NCBI GenBank assembly: GCA_965207065.1
Contig: OZ242260.1
Location: forward strand, 832,001 to 896,000
Direction of reading: 5' to 3'
Length of the DNA stretch: 64,000 bases
Source: a bacterium
Lineage (GTDB): Bacteria; UBA8248
The notes under the pieces were generated by a model, which made no database searches, had not been told where the DNA came from, and saw only the letters and a list, made by a program, of their open reading frames with translations. Both the position numbers and the translations under genes were made by a program. Shown here piece after piece: positions 27,840 to 36,432 of this stretch; the stretch's first letter is position 1; the number at the start of each line of letters is the position of its first letter.

Positions 27840-29056
27840 CGCGCGCGGGGAGCGGCCTCTCCTCCAATCCCGATTCCGCCACCGCCGCGCGCGAAGCGAT
27901 AGAAGAAGCCATGGCGGAGGCGAAGATCGACGCCGCCTCCCTCGTTTTCCTGTTCGCGACACCGGGACACCTGAGCAGATGGCCCGAGGTGGTCGCCGCA
28001 GTCGCCGAGGGGACAGGCGGCGCAAGGGTCGTCGGCTGCACGGGCTTCGGCGTCATGACGGCGCAGGGCGAAATCGAGCGGACGCCGGGCATCTCGGTTC
28101 TGGCGGTCGGTGGCGACGCCCCGCCCGCAGCGCCTTTTCTGGTCGAGGGCCTTGGCGACGCGCCACTGGAAAGCGGGCGCGCCATCGGCCGGGCGGCGAA
28201 AAAAGAGCTGGGAGACGCACTCTCTCACGAGAATTCGCCCCTGGTCGTCATCATGCCCGACAGCTATCACCTCCAGGCCGACGCGCTTTTCGAGGGAATT
28301 CACGAGGAGTTGGGTGAGGAGGCCATCATCGTGGGGGGCGGCGCCGCCGAGGACGGCTCGGCGGGGAAAACATTTCAGTTCCTGGACGGTCAGATGCAGA
28401 CAAACGCCGTCTCGGGCGTCGTATTCGCGGGCGCGCCCAGGCGGTTTATTGGAATATCACAGGCTTATCTACCGGTGGGCGAGCCCAGGCTCATCACCCG
28501 GGCGGAGGATAACGTCGTCTGGGAGATTTCCGGCGAGCGCGCCTACGACGCCTTCGCCGAGGCGGCGGGCCCCGAATGGATGGAGAACATCCAGTTCGCC
28601 GCCATGAACCTGTTCATCGGCATTCCGGGGGATCCGGACAAGGTGATGCTCGACCACGGCGAATATATCGTGCGGCCCATCGTGGGCGCGGACGAAGAGC
28701 GGGGCATCATCGCGCTGCCGACGCCGGTGAAAACAGGCCAGGCCATCACCTTCGCCAAACGGGACGGTTCGCGCGCGCGTGAGGACCTCCGCACGATGCT
28801 GGAAAAAGGATCCCGGCGCTTCGGCGCCACAGAAGAAGCGGACGCGCGCGCGTTCGGCCTATATTTCAACTGCGCGGGCCGGGGCAGCTCCCTCTACGGA
28901 GAGAAGGAGGTGGACGCCATGGCGATCCGGGAGAAGATGCGCGGGCTGCCCGTCGCGGGGTTTTTTACGGGTTCCGAGATAGCGCCCATCGGGAAAATTG
29001 ATCACCTCCACCAGTATTCCGGCGTCCTCGTTCTGCTGGGAGAGGACACGGCCTAA
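27836..29056 (+). CDS. Stand-alone FIST N/C domain protein
   Basis: VVGCT, GGGA, FNCAGRG and GFFTGSEIAP motifs. Confidence 0.85.
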   Translation: MTRAGSGLSSNPDSATAAREAIEEAMAEAKIDAASLVFLFATPGHLSRWPEVVAAVAEGTGGARVVGCTGFGVMTAQGEIERTPGISVLAVGGDAPPAAPFLVEGLGDAPLESGRAIGRAAKKELGDALSHENSPLVVIMPDSYHLQADALFEGIHEELGEEAIIVGGGAAEDGSAGKTFQFLDGQMQTNAVSGVVFAGAPRRFIGISQAYLPVGEPRLITRAEDNVVWEISGERAYDAFAEAAGPEWMENIQFAAMNLFIGIPGDPDKVMLDHGEYIVRPIVGADEERGIIALPTPVKTGQAITFAKRDGSRAREDLRTMLEKGSRRFGATEEADARAFGLYFNCAGRGSSLYGEKEVDAMAIREKMRGLPVAGFFTGSEIAPIGKIDHLHQYSGVLVLLGEDTA

Positions 29057-29092
29057 GGGAAAAATTACTCATCATCCACGGGAGTGCGTCTT

Positions 29093-29521
29093 ATGGGATA
29101 CAGCACAGGCAACATCATCATCACGACCCTTCATGTGCTGAGCGCGATTCTGGCGGTCGGCGGCGTGGCCTTTCTTCGCTTCGTGGTCATCCCCACGGCG
29201 ACGGACCTCCCCGAGGCGGAGCGGGGGCCGTTCATGGCGAAAATCCAGAAACGGTTCATCCCCATACTCCACGGCTCGTTCCTGATCCTGATACTGACGG
29301 GGTTTCACCACCTCACCCGTCTCGTGCGGAGCGGCCTCGCCATTCCGGGGTCGCTGATCGTGAAGATCGTCCTGGCGCTCGTCATCATCTTCATAGGAGT
29401 CGCGCTCACCATCCCGAAGGGCTTCGGGGGCATGAAGACGCAGCGCAAGACCTGGCTCCTCATCAATCTGATCCTCGCCCTCATCGTCGTCTACCTGGGC
29501 GTTTCGGTCACCCACGGGTAA
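29093..29521 (+). CDS. Four-TM membrane protein (CopD/DUF2269-like)
   Basis: LHVLSAILAVGG, LTGFHH and VKIVLA; four hydrophobic segments. Confidence 0.6.
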   Translation: MGYSTGNIIITTLHVLSAILAVGGVAFLRFVVIPTATDLPEAERGPFMAKIQKRFIPILHGSFLILILTGFHHLTRLVRSGLAIPGSLIVKIVLALVIIFIGVALTIPKGFGGMKTQRKTWLLINLILALIVVYLGVSVTHG

Positions 29522-29542
29522 GGCAGGCAAAGGAGAGCGTAA

Positions 29543-30547
29543 GTGATGCGGGCAGGCTGGTACGAACGCAAGGGCGGGGCGCGCGAGGTCATCGAAGTCG
29601 GCGAGATGGCGAGGCCCGAACCCGGCGCAGGCGAAATCAGGGTGCGGCTTCACGCATCGGGCGTGAACCCCACGGATTGCAAGCGCCGCGGCGGCCAGGG
29701 AACCGAGGACTGGGGCTATTTCGAGCATTTTCCCGATTTTCCGAGGACCATCCCCCACAACGACGGCGCGGGCGTCGTGGACAAGTCAGGACCTGGCGCG
29801 AGCGGCCATGAAGTCGGCGATCGCATTTGGGTCTACAACGCGCGCTACAAACGCGCGTTCGGCACCTCGGCGCAGTACGTCTGCCTGCCCGAGAGGTTTC
29901 TGGTCCGCCTGCCGGAGGGAACCACATTCGCAGAAGGGGCGTGCCTCGGCATTCCCGCCATGACGGCGCATCGATGCCTGTTCGCGGACGGCCCCATCGA
30001 GGGCAAGACGGTGCTGGTGACGGGCGGCGCGGGCCGCGTGGGCGTCTACGCCGTGCAACTGGCCAGATGGGCGGGAGCGCGCGTGATCGCCACGGTGAGT
30101 TCGGACGCCAAGGCGGAGCGGGCGTCGGCGGCCGAGCACATCATCAACTACCGCGAAGAAGACGTTGCCGAAAAGGTGCTTGCGATCACGGACGGCGCGG
30201 GCGTGGACCGCGTTGTGGACGTGAATTTAGGGGTGAACTGGGAGACGAACTACAAAATCCTGAAGGTCGGCGGCGTGATCACATCTTATTCCTCGATGGG
30301 GGACCGCAACCCACGCTTTCCCCACTACGAACTCATGCTGAACAACATCACCATCAGACTCGTGATGGTCCACTGCTGCCCGCCGGAGGCTCTGCTCCAC
30401 GCGGCGGCGGACATCACCCGCGCGCTGGACGCAGGCGCGCTCACACACCACATCGCCGAGCGTTTCCCGCTCGAAGAACTCGCAAGCGCGCACGAGACCG
30501 TGGAAGCGGGTGAAGCGGTTGGCAACGTAATCGTGGAAATCGACTAG
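29543..30547 (+). CDS. NADPH:quinone reductase (zeta-crystallin, MDR family)
   Basis: SGVNPTD, PHNDGAG, GIPAMTA and VTGGAGRVG motifs. Confidence 0.9.
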   Translation: MMRAGWYERKGGAREVIEVGEMARPEPGAGEIRVRLHASGVNPTDCKRRGGQGTEDWGYFEHFPDFPRTIPHNDGAGVVDKSGPGASGHEVGDRIWVYNARYKRAFGTSAQYVCLPERFLVRLPEGTTFAEGACLGIPAMTAHRCLFADGPIEGKTVLVTGGAGRVGVYAVQLARWAGARVIATVSSDAKAERASAAEHIINYREEDVAEKVLAITDGAGVDRVVDVNLGVNWETNYKILKVGGVITSYSSMGDRNPRFPHYELMLNNITIRLVMVHCCPPEALLHAAADITRALDAGALTHHIAERFPLEELASAHETVEAGEAVGNVIVEID

Positions 30548-31764
30548 GCGATACTCAGCTTTTTCAACCCCGATTCCAGGGCGTCGAGCGTCCGGTCGAT
30601 CTGCGCCTCGGTGTGCGTCGCCATGAGGGTGGCCCTGAGCCTGCTGGTGCCCTCGGGCACCGTGGGCGGGCGGATGGCTAAGAGATAAACGCCCGCCTCC
30701 ATCAGGTATTCCGCGAGCGCCAGCGTTTTTTCCGTGTCCTTGATGATGATGGGGAAAATCGGAATCTCCGCCCCGGGAGGCTGCTCGCTCACGCGAACCC
30801 CGATGTAGCGAAGCCCCGCGCGAAAGCGCGCGCACAAGTCCGCCAAATTCTCCCGGCGGCGCTCCCCCTCGGCGCCTTCCACGACGCGAAGGGCGGCGCG
30901 GGAGGCAGCGGCCACGGCGGGCGGCGGGCTGGTCGAGTAGATATAGGGCCGCGCCTTGTTGATGAGGTAATCGATCACTTCGGAATCCGCGCACGCGAAT
31001 GCGCCGTATGAGGCGAGCGCCTTGCCCAGCGTGCCCATGGACACCGATACGCCGTCTTCCACACCGAAATAAGCGCCGCTCCCCCTGCCGTCCTGGCCGA
31101 TGACCCCCGTGCCGTGCGCGTCGTCGACCACGAGCATCGCGCCATATTTGCGCGCGAGGTCGCAGATACCGCGCAGGGGCGCCAGATCGCCGTCCATGCT
31201 GAAGACGCCGTCCGTCACGATGAGCTTCCGGCGCGCCCGGGAATTCTTGAGAGCGTCTTCCAGGCGATTGAGGTTCGCGTGCGGATAGATGTGGACCTGC
31301 GCCCGGGAGAGCCGGCAGCCGTCCACGATGCTCGCGTGATTTAACGCGTCACTGAAAACGGCGTCTCCCTCACCGGCCAGGGCGGTGATCAACCCCACGT
31401 TCGCCAGAAACCCCGAGCCGAAGAGGAGCGCGGCGTCCTTTCGCTTGAAAGCGGCCAATGCGCGCGCCAACTCTTCGTGAGCGCTCATGTGGCCCGAAAT
31501 GAGCGGGGAGGCGGCCCCGCTCGCGCCTGCGGCCCTTGCCGCCTCAACGGACGCCTCGATAATGGCGGAAAAATTAGCGAGGCCCAGATAGTTGTTGCTC
31601 GAGAGGTTGATGAGGGTCCTGCCTCCGTGGCGCATGGTCGGCCCCTGCATTCCCTCAACCGTGCGCAAGCCCCGGCGCAGATTGGCTTCCGTGAGTTCGC
31701 GCAGTTCATCTTCCAGCTGCGCCTTCCAGTCTTTTTGAGTGGTGTCTACGCTCGTCTCGTCCAT
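30544..31764 (-). CDS. bioF: 8-amino-7-oxononanoate synthase
   Basis: SSNNYLGL, NHASIVDG, DDAHG, TLGKA and IRPPTVP motifs. Confidence 0.93.
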   Translation of the reverse strand: MDETSVDTTQKDWKAQLEDELRELTEANLRRGLRTVEGMQGPTMRHGGRTLINLSSNNYLGLANFSAIIEASVEAARAAGASGAASPLISGHMSAHEELARALAAFKRKDAALLFGSGFLANVGLITALAGEGDAVFSDALNHASIVDGCRLSRAQVHIYPHANLNRLEDALKNSRARRKLIVTDGVFSMDGDLAPLRGICDLARKYGAMLVVDDAHGTGVIGQDGRGSGAYFGVEDGVSVSMGTLGKALASYGAFACADSEVIDYLINKARPYIYSTSPPPAVAAASRAALRVVEGAEGERRRENLADLCARFRAGLRYIGVRVSEQPPGAEIPIFPIIIKDTEKTLALAEYLMEAGVYLLAIRPPTVPEGTSRLRATLMATHTEAQIDRTLDALESGLKKLSIA

Positions 31765-31895
31765 GCGCTCATTTTAGGAGACAAAGACGCGCCCGAAAAG
31801 CGGGGACGGCGAAACTCTTGCGCCGTATGCGCAATGGTGTCATTTTTCGGGAGACTTTGGTGGTCCGGATTCAACCCGGCGGAAAGGAGCTTCTG

Positions 31896-32270
31896 TTGAA
31901 CTGGCTTTTGGTGGCGGGCGGCGGCGCAATCGGCAGCGCGCTGCGATACGGACTGGCGCTCTTCGTGCAGCGATCGCTGGGCGCAGGCTGGCCCTTCGGC
32001 ACCCTGGCGGCCAACATCATCGGTTCGTTCATCATCGGGTGCACCTACGAACTGCTCGTCGCGAAGGAGTTGTTCAGCGAAGAAGTCCGCCTGTTCACGA
32101 TGATCGGCTTACTCGGCGGTTTCACTACGTTTTCCGCCTTCAGCCTCGAAACCCTCCTCATGTTCCAGGAGGGTGATTGGCTCCTGGCGGCGCTCTACGT
32201 GGCGCTCTCGGTCGCCGGGTGTCTCCTCGCCGTCTGGGCGGGGTTTCAGTTCGCGGCCGCGGTTACATAA
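31896..32270 (+). CDS. crcB: Fluoride efflux channel CrcB/Fluc
   Basis: GGAIGSALRY, PFGTLAAN and GGFTTFSAF motifs; AAGGAG RBS before TTG. Confidence 0.93.
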   Translation: MNWLLVAGGGAIGSALRYGLALFVQRSLGAGWPFGTLAANIIGSFIIGCTYELLVAKELFSEEVRLFTMIGLLGGFTTFSAFSLETLLMFQEGDWLLAALYVALSVAGCLLAVWAGFQFAAAVT

Positions 32271-32300
32271 CGCACCTGAAACTTCCCCGGCGGCGTTTCC

Positions 32301-32798
32301 TCACCTTCTGGCCGGGTAGACCGCCTTGTTGCGATTGTCGTGCCACGGATCGTACCAAAGCGCCTGAAATACCTGACCGGCTCTGATTCCATACAGTCTT
32401 TCCCTGGAATTGATCCGCAAGGACACGATGGTTTCAATGTCGTCTTCTTCGATGTCTTTGAGTCTTTTCTTTGCGGTCGAGGAAAGATTCGAAACGAGGA
32501 TCGGATGATGGTTGGTGCCTCGCCTTCTGCCGCCGCTCGTCCGATACAACTCGGCCCAGGTCATGGTTTGCCAGTTTGAAATCGTTTCGTCGACGAGCCG
32601 CCTGAAATCGATATTCCTGCAAGCCTTCATGCCCCACGGACCATCCCAGTCGATCTTGCCCACGTGCCAGCAAATCACCAAATGATCGTGAGATTCGCTT
32701 AATTCCTGACGAACTTCCTTGACGGATTCCCTGCTTGAGGGGCTGGATTGTGGGGGGATTGCTTTTCGCCGCTTACCTCTATACCTGGAGGGAGCCAT
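32301..32798 (-). CDS. Putative toxin partner of Panacea, possibly RelE-like
   Basis: Overlaps the 3' end of the DUF4065 gene; C-terminal SLRINSRERLYGIRAGQVFQALWYDPWH. Confidence 0.6.
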   Translation of the reverse strand: MAPSRYRGKRRKAIPPQSSPSSRESVKEVRQELSESHDHLVICWHVGKIDWDGPWGMKACRNIDFRRLVDETISNWQTMTWAELYRTSGGRRRGTNHHPILVSNLSSTAKKRLKDIEEDDIETIVSLRINSRERLYGIRAGQVFQALWYDPWHDNRNKAVYPARR

Positions 32799-33210
32799 AA
32801 TATTCCGCCAGCGATTCATGCGATATAATTTGATCCCCTCTTTCTCTGGTCGGAATACCCTTCCTTGCGTTCATCCATGGGGGTTCGGAATGCGTGAGGT
32901 CGCTCAGTTGCTGACCACTGTATTCCCCGTAATGAGCCACCACGACATCAACGGTTTCACACTCGCTCTCGGACAAAGCGTCGGCATTCGCCCGGACCGT
33001 GGAGACATGGAAAAAACCTTGATGCCTTTTGTATAAATCGGGACACACCGGACCATTCGCCCACGCTTGAATCTCTTCGGGAAACAAAGGCTCTTCATCC
33101 CAGACGAGATGCCAAGCCTGCGCGTAATAAACGAGCTTTTGAAGTTTCCACGTCGTGATCCTGCCGGTCTTCGACAGAATATATTCCGCGACACCATAAA
33201 CCAACGCCAT
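32779..33210 (-). CDS. Panacea domain antitoxin (DUF4065/SocA/GepA)
   Basis: KLQKLVYYAQAW, IQAWANGPV..LY and LSDLTHSEPPW motifs. Confidence 0.9.
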   Translation of the reverse strand: MALVYGVAEYILSKTGRITTWKLQKLVYYAQAWHLVWDEEPLFPEEIQAWANGPVCPDLYKRHQGFFHVSTVRANADALSESECETVDVVVAHYGEYSGQQLSDLTHSEPPWMNARKGIPTRERGDQIISHESLAEYYGSLQV

Positions 33211-33475
33211 GCCTTCCTCCCCTTCCGTCTTTCTGTATTCACCCATTCTGGACATGAACATTCAAAATTTCAATGCGCGAATATAATACGATGATAACAC
33301 GAAATTCTCCGTGTGATTATCCCAAAAAATTCCCCGCGCCGCGGGGCAACGGGGACCACCAGGCGAGCCTGATGGGTAGCTAGATAAATATATGAGCAAT
33401 TCCACACCTTGTCCACATTTTATGCACGGATATTCCACGCGCCCGCAAGAAGGCGGATGCGCACCATGCTGCCCA

Positions 33476-34261
33476 TCAGATCGAATACATCTCGCCTCCG
33501 TCTACCTGAAGAGCGGCGCCGGTGATGTAGCTCGCGCGCTCGCTTGCGAGAAAGGCCACCGCCGCCGCGAATTCCTCCGCCTCTCCCAGGCGGCCGATGG
33601 CGATGTCCTTCGTTATCTCGGCGTAGACTTCCTCTTCAGTGCGGCCGCTCTCCGCCGCCATCTTCGCGACGCGCTCGGGCCAGTGGGTGTTGAAGCGCCC
33701 CGGGTTCACAATGTTGACCAGTATGCCGTCTCGCACGAACTCGCCCGCGAGTGATTTCGTGAAATTGAGCAGCGCCGCCTTCGACGCGTTCGACACCACG
33801 CGGCGAGGCCTTGGCTGGCGGCTGCTCGTGGAGCCCGTCATGATGATGCGGCCCCACTTCTGCTTCTGCATGTAGGGGATCACCAGACGGCTGAACTCCG
33901 AAGCCGCGAAGAGAATGCTGCTCATGGAGTAATCCCAGTCCGCGCGCTCCACGTCGAGAAAATCCTTTGTCGTGCTCACCCCTGCGTTGCTCACGAGAAT
34001 GTGGACCGTGCCGAAAAGGGCAACCGTCTCCTCCACCACGGCGGCGATTTCTTCCGCCTTGCTCACGTCGCAGCGCACCGCGCGCACCACGCCTTCCGAG
34101 ACCGACTGGATTTCCTGCTTGGCCGCCGCCAGACGCTCCTCGTTCCGGGCGCAGATGCAGACGTCGCAGCCCTCCCCCGCGAGTTCCCTGGCGACCGCGA
34201 GACCTAACCCTGAGTTTCCACCGGTGACGATGGCGGCTTTACCGTGAAGTCCCAAATCCAT
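33476..34261 (-). CDS. SDR family oxidoreductase
   Basis: TGGNSGLG, SNAG, SNASK and ITGAALQVDGG motifs. Confidence 0.93.
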   Translation of the reverse strand: MDLGLHGKAAIVTGGNSGLGLAVARELAGEGCDVCICARNEERLAAAKQEIQSVSEGVVRAVRCDVSKAEEIAAVVEETVALFGTVHILVSNAGVSTTKDFLDVERADWDYSMSSILFAASEFSRLVIPYMQKQKWGRIIMTGSTSSRQPRPRRVVSNASKAALLNFTKSLAGEFVRDGILVNIVNPGRFNTHWPERVAKMAAESGRTEEEVYAEITKDIAIGRLGEAEEFAAAVAFLASERASYITGAALQVDGGEMYSI

Positions 34262-34373
34262 TTATTCATCCTTTTTTTATGAAAGGCGCCAGAAGCCCGC
34301 GAATGATTGAGAATGCGCATACGCCCCCTTATAATCCAGCGATTCCACCGTTCGCCACCCGAGAGGAGAAAAA

Positions 34374-34646
34374 ATGACGGAGCGCGCTGATTTTCGCCAG
34401 TTCTACCGCGACGCCCATAAAGTGGACCTGCTCACCGACCGCGAGAAAATCCTGATGGGCCTGGCCATCGCCATCGTGCGCAACTGCCAGCCGTGAGTGG
34501 ACCGCCGCCTGGCGGACGCCGGGAAAGCGGGCCTCTCCGAAGAGACGCTCGACGCCGCATTCGACCTGACCGCCGCCGTCATGGCGGGAGTCGCCCAGAG
34601 CATGAACCAGCGCTACAAGGCTTCTCGCAACCAGGGCGATAGCTAG
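34374..34646 (+). CDS. AhpD/carboxymuconolactone decarboxylase-like probable selenoprotein (CxxU, TGA 34494-34496), 90 aa; absent from the ORF track
   Basis: GAGGAG RBS; MTERADFRQFYRDAHKVDLLTDREKILMGLAIAIVRNCQP-U-VDRRLADAGKAGLSEETLDAAFDLTAAVMAGVAQSMNQRYKASRNQGDS*. Confidence 0.85.
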
Positions 34647-34658
34647 AGATCGCCCCTG

Positions 34659-35210
34659 ATGAAAGACTGGTTCAAGCGATTCACGGATTTCGACGACCCG
34701 AACAAGCTCATGCCCTGGAAGGACAAAAGCCCCGAACCCCAGGGGGAGGAGCCTGAGGACCGCCCTGAGATACCCATCAAGCCGGGCTGGTATTTCGTGA
34801 TGTACTTCATCATGGGCGTGGGCTTCGACACCCTGTTCCCCACCTACGCCTTCCCGGAGAACGTACGCTTCACGCTCGGGGTCGGGCTGGTGATTGCAGG
34901 CGCCGTCCTGAATTCGACCTCCCTCGTCTGCTACAGGGACACCCGCACGAACCACGAGACGAACAAGCCCGCGCACGTCCTCATCACGGAGGGGCCCTAC
35001 CGCTTCTCGCGGAATCCTATCTATCTCGGCTACATGTGCCTCTTTCTGGGACTCGGGATTTTCCTCAACAACTTGTGGATATTCGTTCTGGGCGCGCCGC
35101 TCCTCGCCACGGTGCAGGTGGCCATCATCGCGCGCGAGGAGGACTACCTCGCGGAGAAATTCGGCGAGGATTACGGCGTATACTGCCAGAGCGTGCGCCG
35201 CTGGCTGTAG
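34659..35210 (+). CDS. Isoprenylcysteine carboxylmethyltransferase / PEMT family membrane methyltransferase
   Basis: LITEGPYRFSRNPIYLG and EEDYLAEKFGEDY..Y...VRRW motifs. Confidence 0.9.
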   Translation: MKDWFKRFTDFDDPNKLMPWKDKSPEPQGEEPEDRPEIPIKPGWYFVMYFIMGVGFDTLFPTYAFPENVRFTLGVGLVIAGAVLNSTSLVCYRDTRTNHETNKPAHVLITEGPYRFSRNPIYLGYMCLFLGLGIFLNNLWIFVLGAPLLATVQVAIIAREEDYLAEKFGEDYGVYCQSVRRWL

Positions 35211-35610
35211 GGGGAGTTGGAAAGGTCCCTCAATAACAGAGGATTGATTTCTCAATCGAAATACGCTTATCAAATGACTCCCCCCTTGAGGGGAGAGGGG
35301 TCGACTCCGACTTGTAGGGGTCGCATACATGCGACCCATGCGGACGAACCAAAACAACGCTCATCGGCAATTCCCCCACCCAAAACGCGTCTATAACCCC
35401 AAAAGGGCGAATATCAAATCACGGGTCGCATTTATGCGACCCCTACACCACTACTACGTTCTTTCCGGCCAATCGGGCGACCACATGTGGGCGCATGTGA
35501 TTCGTTTTGGGCCGTCATTCCGGCGCATGCTGACAAAAACAAAATCCGTAATCACTCCCCGGTCGACTACACACGCCGAATCACGAATTCAGGGGTTTTT
35601 CAACAATCCC
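35211..35610. repeat. MITE-like element containing a GTAG-type REP doublet (35314-35337 / 35423-35446)
   Basis: Ends ggggagttggaaagg (degenerate) and ggggtttttcaacaatccc; inner gtaggggtcgcatacatgcgaccc ... gggtcgcatttatgcgacccctac. Confidence 0.7.
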
Positions 35611-35627
35611 TCCAGCGTGGCTCTCTC

Positions 35628-35660
35628 AAAAAAAGAGGCCGCCCCATACGGAGCGGCCCC
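35628..35660 (-). terminator. Rho-independent terminator after the DUF296 gene
   Basis: GC-rich hairpin (ggccgc...gcggcc) followed by a U-tract on the minus strand. Confidence 0.65.
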
Positions 35661-35693
35661 TGAACATCCTACTTCCGATTGATTCTCTAAAGA

Positions 35694-36299
35694 CTACCGC
35701 ACGCCCTTGGGTTTGGGGCGCGCCTTGCGCTTCGCCATTGCCTGTTTTATCGCGGCATCGGATTTCCCGTTCGTCTCGATACCGAAGACCTCGCCCACGC
35801 GGGTGTGCTTGTCCATCAGGCGCATGAAGGAGATGTCCGCCAACTCGGCGATGACCATCTCGCACGTGCTGAAGATGGTGCACCCCTCCACCAGATGGCC
35901 GCCGAAGCACGTCGCCTCAGGCCGGCCCATCGAGATGGTGACGTGGGCGTGGAGGTAGGGCTCGCCCGCCTCAGTCTGCGTGATGTTGCCGCTCATCTGC
36001 AGGAGTTCGAGCGGGCCGCCTATGGGCGTGAAGATGCGGCACTCGTCGTTGATGGGGAACGGGTCGGGGAACTGCCAGACGTTTCTGAGCACCGCCTTCT
36101 GCAGGCTCGCCGCCACGCTCAGGATGACGCCCGCCTTCACATTCTTCTCCTGGCATATCTTGAGCGTCGTGCCGAACAGATCATCCCCCGGCGCCATGCG
36201 GACGGTCAGCACGCGGCCGATGCTCGCCTCGGCCACGTCGTAGCGGGCCTTGCGGGTCTTCCAGTTGGAATTATCGAAATTCGGTAATTTTCTCGCCAT
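35694..36299 (-). CDS. PPC domain (DUF296) protein
   Basis: RMAPGDDL, LELLQMSGNI, HAHVTI and GGHL motifs. Confidence 0.88.
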   Translation of the reverse strand: MARKLPNFDNSNWKTRKARYDVAEASIGRVLTVRMAPGDDLFGTTLKICQEKNVKAGVILSVAASLQKAVLRNVWQFPDPFPINDECRIFTPIGGPLELLQMSGNITQTEAGEPYLHAHVTISMGRPEATCFGGHLVEGCTIFSTCEMVIAELADISFMRLMDKHTRVGEVFGIETNGKSDAAIKQAMAKRKARPKPKGVR

Positions 36300-36432
36300 G
36301 GATACTCATTCTCCCTGAGAGGCCTCTCGCCTCGTATGTGAAAAGATGCGTTGAGCACGAAAATTTTTCGGGTTTATACCACACAGGATACCGGCGCGCA
36401 TTCCGCGTCCGTGCGAAAGCTGCGAAACAGCA

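Noticed and set aside
31765-31895. Fluoride riboswitch upstream of crcB
   Set aside because: gcaatggtgtc resembles the start of the motif, but I could not find the pairing stem or the downstream conserved segment.
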